DNA from: Microcoleus sp.
Lineage (GTDB): Bacteria > Cyanobacteriota > Cyanobacteriia > Cyanobacteriales > Microcoleaceae
Reading direction: 5' to 3'
Assembly: GCA_042408215.1 (NCBI GenBank)
Contig: JAYFMW010000017.1
Location: 224,001-288,000 of the forward strand
DNA length: 64,000 nucleotides
Shown: in pieces, positions 61,991 through 64,000 of the stretch
How positions within the stretch are numbered: the stretch's first letter is position 1
Layout of the letters: every line of letters begins with the position of its first letter
Translations under genes and position numbers: made by a program
Notes under the pieces: model-generated
Seen by the model: only the letters and a program-made list of their open reading frames with translations
What the model was told of the DNA's origin: nothing
The model's database searches: none

Positions 61991-62109
61991 TTACCTTACC
62001 TCAGCCAGACAGCCTGAGTAAAGCAGCAGCATCAATTATATAATTTTTAATTTGACAGTGGCAAGAGAGAGTCTGATCGGAGAATATCATAGTACAAATT
62101 ACTTAAATA

Positions 62110-62340
62110 TATCCTTTCTCAGTAACAGTGCGGTGCAGGCTTGATAAGCGGGCCTAGGGCCTAGGGCCTAGGGCCTAGGGCATACCTCATATCGTTTCCG
62201 GTTGCATCGGAATGATACCGAGTGACAAGACAGTCGTGTCCCTACCCCATTAATTGTAGGTGACAAGACAGTCGTGTCCTCCGTTTATATCATTCCGATG
62301 AAGAGAGGATTTAATATCACTTTATTGAGAACTGCTATAA
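62110..62340. mobile_element. Nested MITE-like elements
   Basis: cctttctcagtaacagtg (also at ~37600) ... ttgagaactgctata encloses the 62189-62316 MITE, which carries gtgacaagacagtcgtgtcc twice. Confidence 0.55.
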
Positions 62341-62563
62341 AGATAAATTAATAGGTAAGTACAGGGAAAGTCGGAAAGATTTTGCGAGGCGCAAGCAACA
62401 GCAGTAGGTAAAGCCTACAAGGTAAAATTTTATTGGCGATCGCTACATTTGCTGGCGGTGTCCACGGGGAATTTCTCGGCAGAAAGCCATAGTTTTCCAG
62501 ATCCAGAAAAGTTTTTGAGAGTATTGTGATTGTGGATATATTAAGAATTGCGATCGAGTAAAA

Positions 62564-64000
62564 ATGGGTAACAAATTAGGATGTAAGTGGTTGTCGTCCC
62601 TGGTAAGTATGTTTAGCGTTATGGCCGGCACTTTCAGTGGTATCGCAAACCCTGTGAAAGTGGCGGAAACGGTGGTTGTTCGCAAAGGAATTTTGCGGTT
62701 GTCAATATCTGTTACTGATTTGCGATCGCTCGTGGAAACGGGAAAAGTCCCCGATCGATTGCAAACATACGCTAATCAGTTGTCTGGGGAACAGCGGAGT
62801 CAAATCTTTGGCGCGCTACAAGCTAAAATTCCCCTGAATGTGGTCGGTTTGAGCAATTTGCTAAATAGTCGCGTTGGTACTGCGATTCTGGCGGATCTGA
62901 CTACGGTAATACCCGGGCGCGACGGTGCGGGAGTCGAAGCGCTGCGATCGGCCTTAGTTTTGGGAGCGAAAGCGCCAGAAGGCTTGTCGGTACTGAGTTT
63001 TCTTGAAAATTATCCAGGTAGGCGGGTAGTGGTGGATCTCGATCGAGCCTTCGCTGTTATGGGACAATTGAATAGGAGTTTTTGGGAAACTCAGCGGTTT
63101 ATGGCCGCGATCGCACCTCAATTAGCAGCCTCTAAACCTGCGCTGAAGCTGCCGATTGATCCGACTCAACCTGGGCCTCATTCGGTGCGGGTAATGAGGC
63201 TAGATTTAAACGATAGCACCCGCAATCGGCACATTCCCCTTGATGTTTATTGGTCGCGGGCGGCGACAATGGACAAACCGACGATCGTGTTTTCTCACGG
63301 TTTGGGTTCTGTGCGTACCGATTTGCGCTACTTAGCCGAACATTTGGCGTCTCACGGCTATGTGGTAGCTGCTTTGGAACATCCGGGAAGCAACGAAAGC
63401 AACACGAATTCTGCGATCGCGGGTAAGTCGCCGCCGATCGCACCTCAAGAGTTTTTAGACCGTCCCAAAGATATCAGTTTTGTACTCGATGAATTGGCAA
63501 AGTTAAACCAAACTGATGATAATTTGGAGGGGAAAATCGCGATCGGGCGATCGATGATCGTGGGATATTCCTTTGGCGGCGCAACTGCTTTGTCCGTAGC
63601 CGGTGCCGAGTTGCAACTAAGCGGTCTCAGACAGCGCTGTCAGGAGGATTTAATTACTTTAAGTTTCGGCGAAGGAATGCAGTGCGAGGCGGCCGGATTA
63701 CCAGAAGAACGCTATCAACTGCGCGAACCCAGGATTAAAAGGGCGATCGCCATGAATCCTACAACTTCTTTATTATTTGGAGAAACTGGTTTAAGTGCGA
63801 TTGAAATTCCCACCTTAATAGTCGCATCTTCTGGGGACAAAACTACACCCGCTTTCCGGGAACAAATTATCGGCTTCCCCAAAATTCCCTCTCCGAAATG
63901 GCTGGTGGGTTTTGTGGGCGGAACTCACCTCAGCGTTAAAGATCCGAGTACAACTTTAGAGCAAGTTGGCAGGCCGAGTACAGTGATGACGGGAGATGAA
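62564..64000 (+). CDS. Alpha/beta hydrolase (DUF1400 plus PAF-AH-like), truncated at the window end
   Basis: Reading frame from ATG 62564 contains FSHGLGS, HPGS, FLDRPKDISFVLD and GYSFG. Confidence 0.85.
   Translation, partial: MGNKLGCKWLSSLVSMFSVMAGTFSGIANPVKVAETVVVRKGILRLSISVTDLRSLVETGKVPDRLQTYANQLSGEQRSQIFGALQAKIPLNVVGLSNLLNSRVGTAILADLTTVIPGRDGAGVEALRSALVLGAKAPEGLSVLSFLENYPGRRVVVDLDRAFAVMGQLNRSFWETQRFMAAIAPQLAASKPALKLPIDPTQPGPHSVRVMRLDLNDSTRNRHIPLDVYWSRAATMDKPTIVFSHGLGSVRTDLRYLAEHLASHGYVVAALEHPGSNESNTNSAIAGKSPPIAPQEFLDRPKDISFVLDELAKLNQTDDNLEGKIAIGRSMIVGYSFGGATALSVAGAELQLSGLRQRCQEDLITLSFGEGMQCEAAGLPEERYQLREPRIKRAIAMNPTTSLLFGETGLSAIEIPTLIVASSGDKTTPAFREQIIGFPKIPSPKWLVGFVGGTHLSVKDPSTTLEQVGRPSTVMTGDE

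Noticed and set aside
1..64000. tRNA/rRNA genes or an intact transposase, iscB or tnpB
   Set aside because: None recognisable by eye; only remnants were seen, and a tRNAscan/Infernal run would be needed to exclude them formally

Overview
Chromosomal window from a filamentous cyanobacterium, most likely Oscillatoriales (Microcoleus/Oscillatoria-like). This is inferred from abundant HIP1 (GCGATCGC) sites, 7-bp STRR tracts and REP/MITE families. Core genes include the inducible CO2-uptake cluster (ndhF3, a Tat-signal beta carbonic anhydrase, ndhD3, cupA), psaA-psaB, arsM, an Nrs-like metal-efflux RND pump with its two-component system, pilT2, ictB, rnb-rpsR-rpmG, a carotenoid cleavage oxygenase and a folate/biopterin transporter. 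The most notable accessory features are: (1) two non-autonomous IscB-type IS200/IS605 elements carrying only an omega/HEARO-like RNA, both inserted directly 5' of an ATGA, one between the RBS and start codon of pilT2 and one in the last codons of rnb; (2) a 7.0-9.7 kb cluster of tandem small-regulator cassettes (3 XRE-HTH, 2 RHH-like) with backward-facing sigma70 promoters and two paralogous unknown 156-aa genes with structured leaders; (3) a PD-(D/E)XK nuclease-ParA fusion with a ParB-like/HhH partner; (4) an AvaI/BsoBI-type restriction-modification pair whose methyltransferase carries a nonsense codon; (5) a ~5.6-kb island flanked by a 294-bp direct repeat of an RDD gene, containing a TnpB remnant, TA genes, a PLD nuclease and a 4-unit structured repeat array. 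All calls were made by reading the sequence; no database searches were run.
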